From an uncultured Gemmatimonadaceae bacterium (lineage in GTDB: Bacteria; Gemmatimonadota; Gemmatimonadetes; Gemmatimonadales; Gemmatimonadaceae), in NCBI GenBank assembly GCA_963740355.1, contig CAVUDW010000003.1, positions 320,001 to 384,000 of the forward strand: DNA of 64,000 nt. The letters are read 5' to 3'. The position numbers and the translations under genes were made by a program. Numbering within the stretch: position 1 is the first letter of the stretch; every line of letters begins with the position of its first letter. Of this stretch, positions 17,669 through 27,658 are shown piece after piece. The notes under the pieces are model-generated. The model ran no database searches and was not told where the DNA came from. It worked only from the letters and a program-made list of their open reading frames with translations.

Positions 17669-20278
17669 TCACACCCACCGAGCGAGGTATCCGGCGGTCC
17701 TGCTCCCCGCCGTGGACACGATCACCTCAGGTGGCCCCGCAGCGACGATCCGACCGCCTTCGTCGCCGGCACCGGGACCCATATCGATCACCCAGTCACT
17801 CGACGCCACGATGCGCATGTCATGCTCCACCACCACGACGGTGCTGCCAGCGTCCACGAGGCCATGCAGCTGCGTCATCAGCCGGTCGACGTCTGACGGA
17901 TGCAAGCCGGTGCTCGGCTCGTCGAGCACGTAGAGCGTGTCACGACGCTGTGCGCGCTGCAGCTCGGTCGCGAGCTTGATGCGCTGGGCTTCGCCCCCGG
18001 AGAGTTCAGTCGCGGGCTGCCCGAGTCGCAGATACCCAAGACCGATCTCCTGCAGCAGCGCCAGCGGTCGTGCAACGCTGGTTTCGGCGGCGAAAAACTC
18101 CAGCGCCTGATCGACCGTCATCTGCAACACCTGTGCGATGTTGCGACCGTTCCACTCGACCTTGAGTGTCGCCGGATTGAAACGCGAGCCATGGCAGGTG
18201 GGACATGGCGCGTAGACCGTCGCCATGAACAGCAGCTCGACGCTGACGAAGCCCTCGCCCTCGCAGGTTGGGCACCGACCGGGGACGAGGTTGAACGAGA
18301 ATCGTCCGGCATCGTAGCGCTTCGCTTTCGCCGCGCGTGTGGCCGCGAAGAGTCGTCGCACGTGATCGAACAATCCCGTGTAGGTCGCAAGGTTCGATCG
18401 AGGCGTGCGACCGATCGGTTTCTGGTCGACGCGCACGAGTCGCCGGATGAATTCTCCGCCCGAGACGATTCGCCCCCTCGTCTTCGCGGTCAGCCCGGGC
18501 TCGGGATCGTCCCCGCCAGTGTCGCTGCTCGCAGCGATCGCCGCGGCATCCTGACCGAGCTGCTCGCCCACCAGGTCCACCAGCACCTGGCTGACGAGGG
18601 TCGATTTGCCCGAGCCCGACACACCGGTCACCATCGTCAATGCACCGATCGGGATTCGTGCGTCGATGTGGTGCAGGTTGTTTCGCGAAAGCTCCGCCAG
18701 CTCGAGCCAGCGCGTCGGCGAACGACGCGGCCGTGCGATGCGCGACACACGATCGAAGAGATATGGTGCCGTGCGAGACGCAGTGACGCTGCGCAGGCCG
18801 TCGGGCGGACCACTGTGCAACACGTACCCTCCCCCTGTGCCGCCGTCAGGGCCGACGTCCACCAACCAATCCGCGCGATGCATGATCTCGAGATCGTGCT
18901 CCACCACGAAGACGGAGTTCCCTGCGCGCTTGAGCAAGTCGAGCGCCGCGAAGAGGGCTTCGTTATCGGCCGGATGCAACCCTGCCGATGGTTCGTCGAG
19001 CACGTAGACGACACCGAAGAGATTCGAGCGGATCTGCGTTGCGAGCCGCAGCCGCTGCAACTCGCCGGCAGACAAGGTGGTGGTGGTGCGCTCGAGCGAG
19101 AGGTAGCCGAGTCCAAGGGACTCGAGCGTGCGCACACGCGACAACACGTCCTGCGCAATACGCTGCGACGCAATGCGCTTTTCCTCGGTCATGGTCCCAG
19201 CGGCGATGCGATCGCTGGCAGCAGGTTCCAGCCGGCTGGCGAGATCACGCAGCGTCAACTGCGAGAGGCTACCGATGTCCAGTCCGCCGAATGTGACGGC
19301 CAGCGCCTCACGCTTGAGCCGTCGTCCGTCGCAGGTTGGGCAGACGGCTCCGGACATGTAGCGCGACACGCGCTTCTTCATCATCGCGCTTTGTGTCGTC
19401 GCAAAGGTGTCGAGCACGTACTTCCGAGCGCCGACGAACGTTCCCATATAACTCGGCTCGAGCTTGCGCCGCAGTGCCTCGCGCGTTTCAGCGGGCGTGA
19501 AGCCGGCGTAGACCGGCACAGTGGGCTGCTCCTCCGTGAACAGGATCCAGTTGCGCACCTTCTTCGGCAACTTCTTCCAGGGTAGATCCACGTCGTAGCC
19601 AAGCGTGACCAGAATGTCGCGCTGATTCTGTCCTTGCCACGCCAGGGGCCATGAGGCAACGGCGCGTTCGCGGATCGTGAGCGAATCGTCGGGCACCATC
19701 AACGCTTCGGTCACATCGTACACGCTGCCCAGGCCATGACACTGCGGGCAGGCGCCCTGCGGTGTATTGGGTGAAAAGTCCTCCGCATACAGCATCGGCT
19801 GGCCGTCCGGGTAGGTACCAGCGCGAGAGTACAGCATGCGGAGCAGGTTGGAGATCGTCGTGACGCTGCCGACGGACGATCGCACACTCGGTGCACCGCG
19901 TTGTTGCTGCAACGCAACGGCCGGTGGCAATCCGTCGATCGAGTCCACGTCGGGCACGCCCACCTGATCGAACAGCCGTCGCGCGTAGGGTGCCACCGAA
20001 TCGAGGTAGCGACGTTGCGCCTCGGCAAAGATGGTTCCGAATGCCAGCGACGATTTCCCGGAGCCCGAGACACCGGAGAACACCACCAGCGCATTGCGCG
20101 GCACATCGACGTCGATGTTGCGCAAGTTGTGCTCGCGTGCGCCGCGAACACGAATGAAGGCATCGCGGCTGTGTTCGTCCGTCGGCATGCCGTGTGACGC
20201 GTCCGTCCGTGCGGCGGATGCACGAGGGGCGGCAGCACGGGTGCCGGATGACTGGCCTGATTTCGAGCGAGGCGACAT
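17669..20278 (-). CDS. uvrA: UvrA-family ABC ATPase, class II (UvrA2/DrrC-like)
   Basis: GAREHNLRNI, two GVSGSGKS Walker A motifs, LSAGE/LSGGE signatures, CxxC zinc fingers. About 870 aa, appearing to lack the UvrB-binding insertion. Start uncertain. Confidence 0.9.
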   Translation of the reverse strand: MSPRSKSGQSSGTRAAAPRASAARTDASHGMPTDEHSRDAFIRVRGAREHNLRNIDVDVPRNALVVFSGVSGSGKSSLAFGTIFAEAQRRYLDSVAPYARRLFDQVGVPDVDSIDGLPPAVALQQQRGAPSVRSSVGSVTTISNLLRMLYSRAGTYPDGQPMLYAEDFSPNTPQGACPQCHGLGSVYDVTEALMVPDDSLTIRERAVASWPLAWQGQNQRDILVTLGYDVDLPWKKLPKKVRNWILFTEEQPTVPVYAGFTPAETREALRRKLEPSYMGTFVGARKYVLDTFATTQSAMMKKRVSRYMSGAVCPTCDGRRLKREALAVTFGGLDIGSLSQLTLRDLASRLEPAASDRIAAGTMTEEKRIASQRIAQDVLSRVRTLESLGLGYLSLERTTTTLSAGELQRLRLATQIRSNLFGVVYVLDEPSAGLHPADNEALFAALDLLKRAGNSVFVVEHDLEIMHRADWLVDVGPDGGTGGGYVLHSGPPDGLRSVTASRTAPYLFDRVSRIARPRRSPTRWLELAELSRNNLHHIDARIPIGALTMVTGVSGSGKSTLVSQVLVDLVGEQLGQDAAAIAASSDTGGDDPEPGLTAKTRGRIVSGGEFIRRLVRVDQKPIGRTPRSNLATYTGLFDHVRRLFAATRAAKAKRYDAGRFSFNLVPGRCPTCEGEGFVSVELLFMATVYAPCPTCHGSRFNPATLKVEWNGRNIAQVLQMTVDQALEFFAAETSVARPLALLQEIGLGYLRLGQPATELSGGEAQRIKLATELQRAQRRDTLYVLDEPSTGLHPSDVDRLMTQLHGLVDAGSTVVVVEHDMRIVASSDWVIDMGPGAGDEGGRIVAAGPPEVIVSTAGSRTAGYLARWV

Positions 20279-20347
20279 GCAACAGGACTGGTTGGCGTGA
20301 GGCGCGAAAGATGGTCGCGCCCTCGCCGGCTGCGTACCACCCACGGG

Positions 20348-21025
20348 TTACGTGCCTTCCAACTCCCGCAATCGACGATCGAGATGCGAACGATCAGCGA
20401 CCGCCTTCGCCAGCGGCCCGCGGGGACCGAACTCCACCACGCTGACCGACCCGGTTGGGCAGCCGAACCGGTAGCGGAAGCGACCGACGTCAACACCGAG
20501 CAGAGTGCACAGCAGGGCTCGGATGGAGGCCTTGTGCGTCACGAAGAGCACATCGCCATCGGAAACGGTTTGTGTGACCTCCTCCACCACACCAAGCATA
20601 CGGCGCGCCAGTGCAATTGCCGTCTCGCCGTCTGTTGGTGCATTCCAGGCGGGGTCTGCGGTCCAGCGCACGTAGTCGTCGTGGAATTCATGATCCACGA
20701 CCTCGGCACTCAGTCCGTCCCAGCGGCCATAGTCGATCTCCGTGATTGCATCGCGCGTCTGCACCGGCAGTCCCGCCTTCGCGGCGATGATGCCGGCTGT
20801 CACCTGCGTGCGCAACAGCGGCCCCGCATAGATCGCCTTCCATGCCGTCGCGGTGTACGCAGCCGCAAATGCCTCGGCCATCGCGACGCCGTCGGGCGTC
20901 AATTCCGGATCGAGGTGTGCGCCGCAGAAGACGTTGTCGCGACTGGTCGGAGTCTGACCATGTCGAAGCAGGTGAAGGCGAAGCGGCACAGTGTCGGTGG
21001 ATGCAGGGAGCGGAGTGACGGGCAC
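20348..21025 (-). CDS. Histidine phosphatase (phosphoglycerate mutase-like)
   Basis: LLRHGQT, EIDYGRWDG, GET, VTH motifs. Confidence 0.92.
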   Translation of the reverse strand: MPVTPLPASTDTVPLRLHLLRHGQTPTSRDNVFCGAHLDPELTPDGVAMAEAFAAAYTATAWKAIYAGPLLRTQVTAGIIAAKAGLPVQTRDAITEIDYGRWDGLSAEVVDHEFHDDYVRWTADPAWNAPTDGETAIALARRMLGVVEEVTQTVSDGDVLFVTHKASIRALLCTLLGVDVGRFRYRFGCPTGSVSVVEFGPRGPLAKAVADRSHLDRRLRELEGT

Positions 21026-21070
21026 GAAGAAGGCACATCCACGACAGCGACGTTCAGCATCGTCGGGAAA

Positions 21071-23062
21071 TCAGTGCTTCCCGTCGAGCGAGAACGCAAG
21101 CAGTTCGGCGTTCTCACCACCACCGGTGGCGATCACGACGTACTGTACCCCGTTGGCGCCGCGATATGACACCGGGTTCGCATATCCACGACCGGCTGGC
21201 AATTCAAACTGCCACAGCACTCGTCCGTCGCGTGTGTCGAGTGCATACAGCACGTTGCCACCGCCGGTCGCGAAGATCAGGCCACCTTTCGTCACCGTAC
21301 CGCCGGGTGCTCCGGCCACACCGAGCGGCGGCAGCGCCACGCCCTTGAGCAACGGATGCTCGCGAATGGACGGCGTGTCACCGAACGTCACCTGCCAGCG
21401 TTGCTTGCCTGTATCGAGGTCGATCGCCGTCATCGTACCGTATGGAGGCTTGATGAGCGGCAGCTGTTCTGGCGGTGCGTGATCGGCCCGGCCCGAATCG
21501 GGATCAGCAGTGACGCCGATTCCACTCTGCCCGAGGTTGGCGGTGTACTCGAAACCGATGGTGTCGTTCGGCACTCCCTTCTCGATGCGGAACAACGCCG
21601 GGCTGTTGGTGGCCTTCACGAAGAGCGTGTGCGTTTCCGGATCGTACGAGGTGCTGCCCCACCCTGCACCGCCGATGGCACCAGGCATGGTGATCGTGCC
21701 CTGTGTGGATGGTGGGGTGAAGATCGGCCCGCTGCGATACCGACCGAACACTTCGAGGGCTCGGCGTTTCAGCTCCGGCGTGAAGTCGATCAGGTCGGAT
21801 TCAGTGACGGTTTGGCGAGAGAACGGTGCCGGGAGCGTCGGCATTGGCTGTGTCGGCGACGCACGCTCGCCGACCACATCGCTGGCGGGCACCGGTCGCT
21901 CGGGGATAGGCCAGATCGGCCGACCTGTCACACGATCGAAGACGTAGATCCACCCCGTCTTCGATGGTACAGCGACCACGTCGCGCGGGCGCCCCTTCCA
22001 GTTGATCGTGGCCAGCACCGGCGGCGCAGGGAGATCGTAATCCCACAATCCATGATGCACGACCTGGAAGTGCCACACACGTCGCCCAGTCCGCGCGTCG
22101 AGTGCCACCACCGATTCCGCAAACAGGTTGTCGCCCTTGCGATCACCACCGTACCAGTCGTTGGTGGGTGTCGACACTGGCAGGAACAGCAGCCCCCGCC
22201 TTGCATCGAGGCTCATCGGTGCCCACACGTTGGTGTGGCCCATGTACGCGTACGAGCCATTCTCCCAGGTCTTCCAGCCGAACTCCCCGGAGTCAGGAAT
22301 GGTGTGGAAGCTCCAAACACGACGTCCGGTATTGACGTCGAAGGCCTGCACGTCGCCCGGTGGATCGTTGGGATAGCGCAGGCGATCACCAACACCATTG
22401 CCGACGATCACGAGATCGCCGAACACCACCGGTGGCGACGTATTGGTGTAATGCTCGCGCCGGATGCGGCGGCGCAGTTGCGCGGTGAGGTCGACCTCGC
22501 CGTTGCGGCCGAATGTCGGAATCGGCTTGCCGGTGCTGGCATCGATGGCGATCAGCTTCCAGCGGGCGTTGATGAAGACGCGCCGCGCGGTAGAGGACGC
22601 CCAGGTCGCAATGCCGCGATGCACGAAACCCGTGCCATTCGACGGCTGGCCCATGCGCCAGACTTCGGGATCGAACTTCCACAGTTCACGGCCGGTCTGC
22701 GCATCGAGTGCGGCGACAGCGGCATACGGCGTGGAGACATAGAGCGTATCGCCGATGACCGTCGGAGACGATTGAAAGAGCCCCGGGCGCGCCGGCAGCT
22801 GACCGGGGCTCGCGGCGATGGCACGTTCGCCTGTGCTCCAGCGCCACGCTGGCTTCAGCCGCGAGACAGTCGATCGATCGATGTCGCCGATGGGCGCGTA
22901 CCGCATGGCGCCCGGATCACCGCTCGGGCTTGCCCAATCGACGCGCTGCGCACCAGCTGAGATCGCTGTCGAGATTACTGCAAAGACCGCGGTGAAGGAG
23001 TGTGCAAGCACACGCTGTTGGCGGTGATGGCGCGCCGCTGAGACCGCACAGGACATAGTCAT
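21071..23062 (-). CDS. PQQ-dependent dehydrogenase (glucose/quinate type), secreted
   Basis: Beta-propeller repeats ALDAQTGRELWKF, HHGLWDYDLP, GGAGWG, KPPYGTMTAIDL. Confidence 0.9.
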   Translation of the reverse strand: MTMSCAVSAARHHRQQRVLAHSFTAVFAVISTAISAGAQRVDWASPSGDPGAMRYAPIGDIDRSTVSRLKPAWRWSTGERAIAASPGQLPARPGLFQSSPTVIGDTLYVSTPYAAVAALDAQTGRELWKFDPEVWRMGQPSNGTGFVHRGIATWASSTARRVFINARWKLIAIDASTGKPIPTFGRNGEVDLTAQLRRRIRREHYTNTSPPVVFGDLVIVGNGVGDRLRYPNDPPGDVQAFDVNTGRRVWSFHTIPDSGEFGWKTWENGSYAYMGHTNVWAPMSLDARRGLLFLPVSTPTNDWYGGDRKGDNLFAESVVALDARTGRRVWHFQVVHHGLWDYDLPAPPVLATINWKGRPRDVVAVPSKTGWIYVFDRVTGRPIWPIPERPVPASDVVGERASPTQPMPTLPAPFSRQTVTESDLIDFTPELKRRALEVFGRYRSGPIFTPPSTQGTITMPGAIGGAGWGSTSYDPETHTLFVKATNSPALFRIEKGVPNDTIGFEYTANLGQSGIGVTADPDSGRADHAPPEQLPLIKPPYGTMTAIDLDTGKQRWQVTFGDTPSIREHPLLKGVALPPLGVAGAPGGTVTKGGLIFATGGGNVLYALDTRDGRVLWQFELPAGRGYANPVSYRGANGVQYVVIATGGGENAELLAFSLDGKH

Positions 23063-23125
23063 GGCTGGAACATTGCACCCAAAACAAGCGAGCGCGACCT
23101 GCGATCATCTGAGAATTTCTGACAA

Positions 23126-23141
23126 TGGCGTGCTGATTGCA
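23126..23141 (+). promoter_or_regulatory. Putative sigma54 -24/-12 promoter
   Basis: TGGCGTGCTGATTGCA, exact GG-N10-GC spacing, upstream of the GlsB/YeaQ gene. Confidence 0.6.
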
Positions 23142-23255
23142 TTGCTTCAGGGTTACAGTGACTCGCGGAGTGCGGCCGACGACAGGTCGCCTCGCATCAG
23201 TGCCGGACGTACGGCACACAATTCAGATCTCACAGTCTTTTCAGGATATATCACC

Positions 23256-23525
23256 ATGAACATCATCATCTGGCTCTGTGTCGGCGGCGTGCTTGGGTGG
23301 CTGGCCAGCATCGTCATGAAGACCAATGCCCAGCAGGGCGTGTTGCTCAACATCATCGTCGGAATCGTGGGTGCCATGCTTGCCGGCTGGTTCCTGTCAC
23401 CGCTGGTGGGCGTTGGAACGATCAACCAGAACAACTTCAGCCTGCCGTCGCTGTTGGTGTCGTTCGTCGGTGCTGCAGCCCTGCTCGCGGTCGTGAACCT
23501 GATCCAGCGCGGTTCCGCGCGCTGA
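23256..23525 (+). CDS. GlsB/YeaQ/YmgE family stress membrane protein
   Basis: MNIIIWLCVGGVLGWLAS...NIIVGIVGAMLAGW...SFVGA, 89 aa. Confidence 0.92.
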   Translation: MNIIIWLCVGGVLGWLASIVMKTNAQQGVLLNIIVGIVGAMLAGWFLSPLVGVGTINQNNFSLPSLLVSFVGAAALLAVVNLIQRGSAR

Positions 23526-23536
23526 TATGTCTTGAG

Positions 23537-23591
23537 TGCACGGCATCGGGTGCAGCGGCGGTAGTGACCGTCGTTGCATCCTGTGCTGCGC
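23537..23591 (+). terminator. Long hairpin after the GlsB-family gene
   Basis: GGGTGCAGCGGCGGT-AGTG-ACCGTCGTTGCATCC. The mismatches are G-U pairs on the + transcript. Confidence 0.55.
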
Positions 23592-23697
23592 TTGGCGTTG
23601 CGGCTGGCTGGCGCGCTGGGCTGTAGGTCAGCATTCTACGGAGGGACGAACGCGCAACCGGCGCGGACGATTCGTCGCCACTCACCTCCGCCAGCCG

Positions 23698-26064
23698 ATG
23701 ATGACGCCCCGCCCTCTGCCGCGCGACTCACGATTCCTGTCGCTCGTCGCGCTGTGTGCCGCAGGCCTTGCAACGTCCGTTCACGCCCAACAGGCGTCCA
23801 CGGCACCGCGACCCATGAACTGGGTCGATGTCCAGAATGTGCGTCAGGCCGGTGCTCCCGTGCCGAGCCCCGATGGACGGTTCGCACTCTACACGCTTTC
23901 CGTGCCGGACTGGAAGGAGGCGCGTCGCCAATCCGACATCTATCTGGTGTCGATGACGCAGGGTGTGTCGAGCACCAAGCGCATGACCGCCACTTCTGAC
24001 AAGAGCGAATCAGCTCCCGCCTGGACACGCGATGGGCAGGCATTCGTGTTCCTGTCGGATCGTGATGCCACCGCCAATGCCGCGGCGCCTGCGACGCGCG
24101 GCAGCACACTGCCGACCTCCGGTCCCGGCATGCAATACCTGCCGGCAGCGGCAGGCGGCGGCATGGGCAGCCCCACGTCGCAGCTGTTCCTCATGCGGCC
24201 CGATGGTGGTGAAGCACGAAAGATCACCGAGGCACGCGACGGTGTCACGACGTTCGCGTTCTCGAAGGATGGCCGTTGGCTTGTGTACCGCTCAGGTCAG
24301 GCGACGCAAGAACAGTTGTACGCGTTGCCGGTGGCCGCGCTGATGGCAGGCGACACCACGAAGCCAGTCCAGTTGACGCGGCATGCGACGGGCGTCGGCT
24401 TGTGGCGTTTCTCGCCGGATGCGAAGCGGATCTACTTCACCGCCGCCGATACCGTCGATGCCGATGAAAAGGCTCGACTGGAGAAGCGATTCGACGTGCG
24501 GGTGCGCAACGCCGAGTCGCCACTCTACAGCCTCTGGGCGCTGGACGTCGATACGAAGAACACGACTCGGCTGACGCGCGACACGACGTTCAGTGTCGGC
24601 GACATGTCGATCTCGCCGGATGGCAAGTGGATTGGGTTCCATGGGTTGAGCGCCAATCGCTTTGAACGAAATGTGCTCGAGCAGGAGATCTTCGCCGACC
24701 TCTACCTGCTGGAGGTCGCGAGTGGTTCGGTCGAGCGGCTGACACGGAACAAGGAGATCGGTGAAAGCAGCGTCAGCTTCTCGCCCGACAGCCGGACGGT
24801 GGCGTTCTCCGCGCCGGACGACTTCATCATGCGTCACAACCTGCGCGTGTACACGCGCGACGTGAGCGCACGCGGCTCCGCATTCAAGAAGCTTGGCGCG
24901 GGTTTCGATGGGCCAGTGACCATCGATTTCTGGTCGAAGGATGGCGGCACGATCTACTTCGATGTCGGCATCAAGGCGACGGACCAGCTGGCAGCACTCG
25001 ATGTCGCGTCCAATCGTGTGCGACAGGTCACGACCGACAAGGCCAGCGTGCGCGTGCGCCAGGACGACGACTCCGAGCGCATCTTCATCACCCGCAGCGA
25101 TCCGCAGACGCCGTCCACCATCTACACCGTCGCCTCGCCGGCTGACGTTGCCACGCGCAGCAGCTGGACGCAGCTCACCGATGCCAATGCGTGGACGCGA
25201 TCACTGGCACTTGGCGAAGCGGATGAGATCACCTGGAAGGGGCGTGATGGCACGCCTGTCGGCGGCGTTTTGGTCAAGCCGGTCGGCTACCAGCCAGGCA
25301 AGCGGTATCCGCTCATCGTGCAGATCCACGGCGGCCCACAGTCGGCCGACGTTCTGACCTTCAATGGCGGGTATGGCTCGCAGGTCTACGCCGGCGCGGG
25401 CTACGTGGTGTTGCTGCCGAACTACCGCAACTCCACGAACTACGGCCAGAAGTTCGAGATCGAAAGCCAGGGCGACTACTTCACCAAGGGGTATCAGGAC
25501 ATCATGGCCGGTGTGGATCACCTGATCGCATCCGGCATGGTGGACAGCACGCAGATGGGCGTCCTCGGCTGGAGCGCAGGGGGCCATTGGTCGAACTGGA
25601 TCCTGACGCACACGAATCGCTTCAAGGCCATTTCGACCGGCGCGGGCGTCTACAACTGGATTTCGATGTGGGGCGTGAGCGATACGCAGCGTGGTCGCCA
25701 GTGGTATCTCGGCGACAAGATGTACTGGGACGACATGGAGCATTGGTGGCGTCAGTCACCCGCGGCGTACATCAAGAACGCCCGCACGCCGACGATGATT
25801 CACGTCGTCGACGGTGATCCACGAGTGCCGCGTCCTGAAAGTGAAGGGCTGCACATGGCGCTGAAGCGACTGGGCGTTCCGACGGAGTTTTATGTCTATC
25901 CCGGCGGAACCCACGGCATTCCCGATGCGCGCAACCAGTTGGTGAAGGCCACGGCTGAAATGGCCTGGATGGACTACTGGGTGCGCAATTCGGGGCACAA
26001 GTTCGCGTGGCGCGATGTGTTGCGAACGGTGGAAGAGCCGAAGGCGACGACCCTCACGCCATGA
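23698..26064 (+). CDS. S9 family (dipeptidyl/acylaminoacyl) peptidase, secreted
   Basis: Signal peptide, SPDG propeller repeats, IHGGP, GWSAGG nucleophile, DPRVP, GGTHG. Confidence 0.93.
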   Translation: MMTPRPLPRDSRFLSLVALCAAGLATSVHAQQASTAPRPMNWVDVQNVRQAGAPVPSPDGRFALYTLSVPDWKEARRQSDIYLVSMTQGVSSTKRMTATSDKSESAPAWTRDGQAFVFLSDRDATANAAAPATRGSTLPTSGPGMQYLPAAAGGGMGSPTSQLFLMRPDGGEARKITEARDGVTTFAFSKDGRWLVYRSGQATQEQLYALPVAALMAGDTTKPVQLTRHATGVGLWRFSPDAKRIYFTAADTVDADEKARLEKRFDVRVRNAESPLYSLWALDVDTKNTTRLTRDTTFSVGDMSISPDGKWIGFHGLSANRFERNVLEQEIFADLYLLEVASGSVERLTRNKEIGESSVSFSPDSRTVAFSAPDDFIMRHNLRVYTRDVSARGSAFKKLGAGFDGPVTIDFWSKDGGTIYFDVGIKATDQLAALDVASNRVRQVTTDKASVRVRQDDDSERIFITRSDPQTPSTIYTVASPADVATRSSWTQLTDANAWTRSLALGEADEITWKGRDGTPVGGVLVKPVGYQPGKRYPLIVQIHGGPQSADVLTFNGGYGSQVYAGAGYVVLLPNYRNSTNYGQKFEIESQGDYFTKGYQDIMAGVDHLIASGMVDSTQMGVLGWSAGGHWSNWILTHTNRFKAISTGAGVYNWISMWGVSDTQRGRQWYLGDKMYWDDMEHWWRQSPAAYIKNARTPTMIHVVDGDPRVPRPESEGLHMALKRLGVPTEFYVYPGGTHGIPDARNQLVKATAEMAWMDYWVRNSGHKFAWRDVLRTVEEPKATTLTP

Positions 26065-26089
26065 GCTGGCGGCGACCAGAATACTGATC

Positions 26090-26128
26090 AGCCCCGGGGG
26101 GCCCGACACTCCGGGGAGCCCCCCGGGC
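26090..26128 (+). terminator. GC-rich hairpin after the S9 peptidase
   Basis: GCCCCGGGGGGCCC...GGGAGCCCCCCGGGC imperfect inverted repeat. Confidence 0.5.
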
Positions 26129-26242
26129 AACTGCCGACGCGGAGGCCGCTGCGTAACTTCAGGCGGATTGGCAAACCCATGCCGCCCTGGCCGCACGCAG
26201 CGGCGCCGCTCGCACCATCAAGTACAGTCCGTTCCTTTTCAC

Positions 26243-26890
26243 ATGCCCTATCGTACCGACGACACTCCTGCTTCACGACCGGCCGCCAAGGCACCCGCGC
26301 AAGCGGCCAACAGGTCAGCGTCGACGCAACAGCCAAGACAGCAATCGAAAGCGGCGCCGAAGTCTGCTGCCAAGCCAGTCGCGAAGCCGGTCACGATGGC
26401 CGCAGCGAAAGCCGCCACGCCAAAGCCCGCCGCGGGTGGCTCCGGTCGGTCTCGCTCGCGCGGTGGGCGCGGGGCGCGCGGCCCGAAGGGCGTGCAGGAG
26501 TCGGCACTGACATCGATGCCGACCGGGCGTCTGGCCTACGCGGACACCCGCACCTGGCTGGTGAAGCAGCATGGGCTCATCTGCGCGTATTGTGCGAAGA
26601 AGGTCCCTGCCAAGGATCTGACGCTCGACCACGTCGCACCGCGGCGCGGCATGACGGCGTACGATCGACGCGACAACCTCGTGCTCTGCTGCCTCGCCTG
26701 CAACATCGCCAAGGCCGACAAGACGACGATGGCGTGGCTACTGGGCCGGCGGAGTCGCGCGGTCAACCTGATCCGATTCGGCAGTCATCTGAGTCAGCTG
26801 CTGGTTGAGATGGCACACGACCTGGCGGGACCGGAAGGCATTGCCCTGGCGGAGCGATTGTCTGATCCGGACTATCCCTACGCGGACTGA
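26243..26890 (+). CDS. HNH endonuclease with a disordered basic N-terminus
   Basis: CAYC...LTLDHVAP...NLVLCCLACNIAK, McrA-like zinc-binding HNH. Ala/Lys/Pro-rich N-terminus with an RGG tract. Confidence 0.88.
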   Translation: MPYRTDDTPASRPAAKAPAQAANRSASTQQPRQQSKAAPKSAAKPVAKPVTMAAAKAATPKPAAGGSGRSRSRGGRGARGPKGVQESALTSMPTGRLAYADTRTWLVKQHGLICAYCAKKVPAKDLTLDHVAPRRGMTAYDRRDNLVLCCLACNIAKADKTTMAWLLGRRSRAVNLIRFGSHLSQLLVEMAHDLAGPEGIALAERLSDPDYPYAD

Positions 26891-26912
26891 GCGGTCTGCG
26901 TGGACGCTGGGT

Positions 26913-27326
26913 TCATGGAAAGAGAGCCAATGACTTCACATGCAACGGCCGCACAACTCCGAAGTGTTTGCGATCAGTGGTGAGAATCCCTCGACTGCCA
27001 AGGCGCTCTGCGACTGCGATCACGGATGCGTCCACGAAGCCCATCGGAAGATCTGCGTATTCACGCATCAGGACCGCCGATCGCGCAACGTCCTCGGGCT
27101 CGATCGCTTCCGTGATCAATTCGCCGGTCGCGATCGCTGCGACGAATGCCGTTTCGGCTGCGGGGCCGATCCGCGTCTGGAGCAAGTAGCAGACTTCCGG
27201 CAGGACCGACATCGGAATCACGATGTCGCGCGCCGCTTCGCTCCACCACCGCGTCACGCGCGCATGCCATGCATCCCGCTTGTCGACCAGCGCGTACAAC
27301 GGGCCGGTGTCGGCAACGATGATCAC
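26913..27326 (-). CDS. vapC: PIN-domain VapC toxin
   Basis: IVADTGPL, D.WH, LPEV, GFVDAS, LTTDRKHF. Confidence 0.92.
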   Translation of the reverse strand: MIIVADTGPLYALVDKRDAWHARVTRWWSEAARDIVIPMSVLPEVCYLLQTRIGPAAETAFVAAIATGELITEAIEPEDVARSAVLMREYADLPMGFVDASVIAVAERLGSRGILTTDRKHFGVVRPLHVKSLALFP

Positions 27327-27559
27327 CGGTGCGGGTCGCGCCAGAGCAGCTCGTCAACTCGCTCCGACGTATCGGAGTCATCGCTCTCGAACTGTCCCGC
27401 GATCGATGGTATCCCAGCGGGAGCGCGGGGCGCCGCGAGGTACGCAGAAATCGCCTCGCGAATCAGCGAGGCTGAACTCACACCCGTGCGCTCGGCAACT
27501 TTCTGAAGCCGCAGCAGGGTCTGTTCGTCGAGAAAAACGGAGGTTCGGCGCATAGGCAT
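27323..27559 (-). CDS. vapB: CopG/ribbon-helix-helix antitoxin (VapB)
   Basis: MRRTSVFLDE...GVSSASLIREAI. Four-base overlap with vapC. Confidence 0.88.
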   Translation of the reverse strand: MPMRRTSVFLDEQTLLRLQKVAERTGVSSASLIREAISAYLAAPRAPAGIPSIAGQFESDDSDTSERVDELLWRDPHR

Positions 27560-27581
27560 ATATATGCCTGCGACAGGCATA
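27554..27581. promoter_or_regulatory. Putative vapBC operator
   Basis: Perfect 16-bp palindrome AGGCATATATATGCCT, overlapping a second inverted repeat TATGCCTG-CGA-CAGGCATA at the antitoxin start. Confidence 0.75.
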
Positions 27582-27658
27582 CATGTCAACGGGGTGGAAG
27601 ATAGGTTGCGACCTGACCCGCCTGCATTCGGCATCGGGTCAAGGCACAATCCGACGCC

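Noticed and set aside
17900..22960. Long + strand ORFs (561 aa, 534 aa and similar elsewhere)
   Set aside because: Antisense shadows of uvrA and the PQQ dehydrogenase, expected in high-GC DNA, with no motifs.
26160..26190. c-di-GMP-I riboswitch (GGCAAACC)
   Set aside because: The remaining conserved elements (GAAA tetraloop, GACGCAAAG, second stem) are absent.
26243..26890. IscB/OMEGA nuclease
   Set aside because: No PLMP N-terminus or split RuvC motifs. Only an HNH domain is visible.
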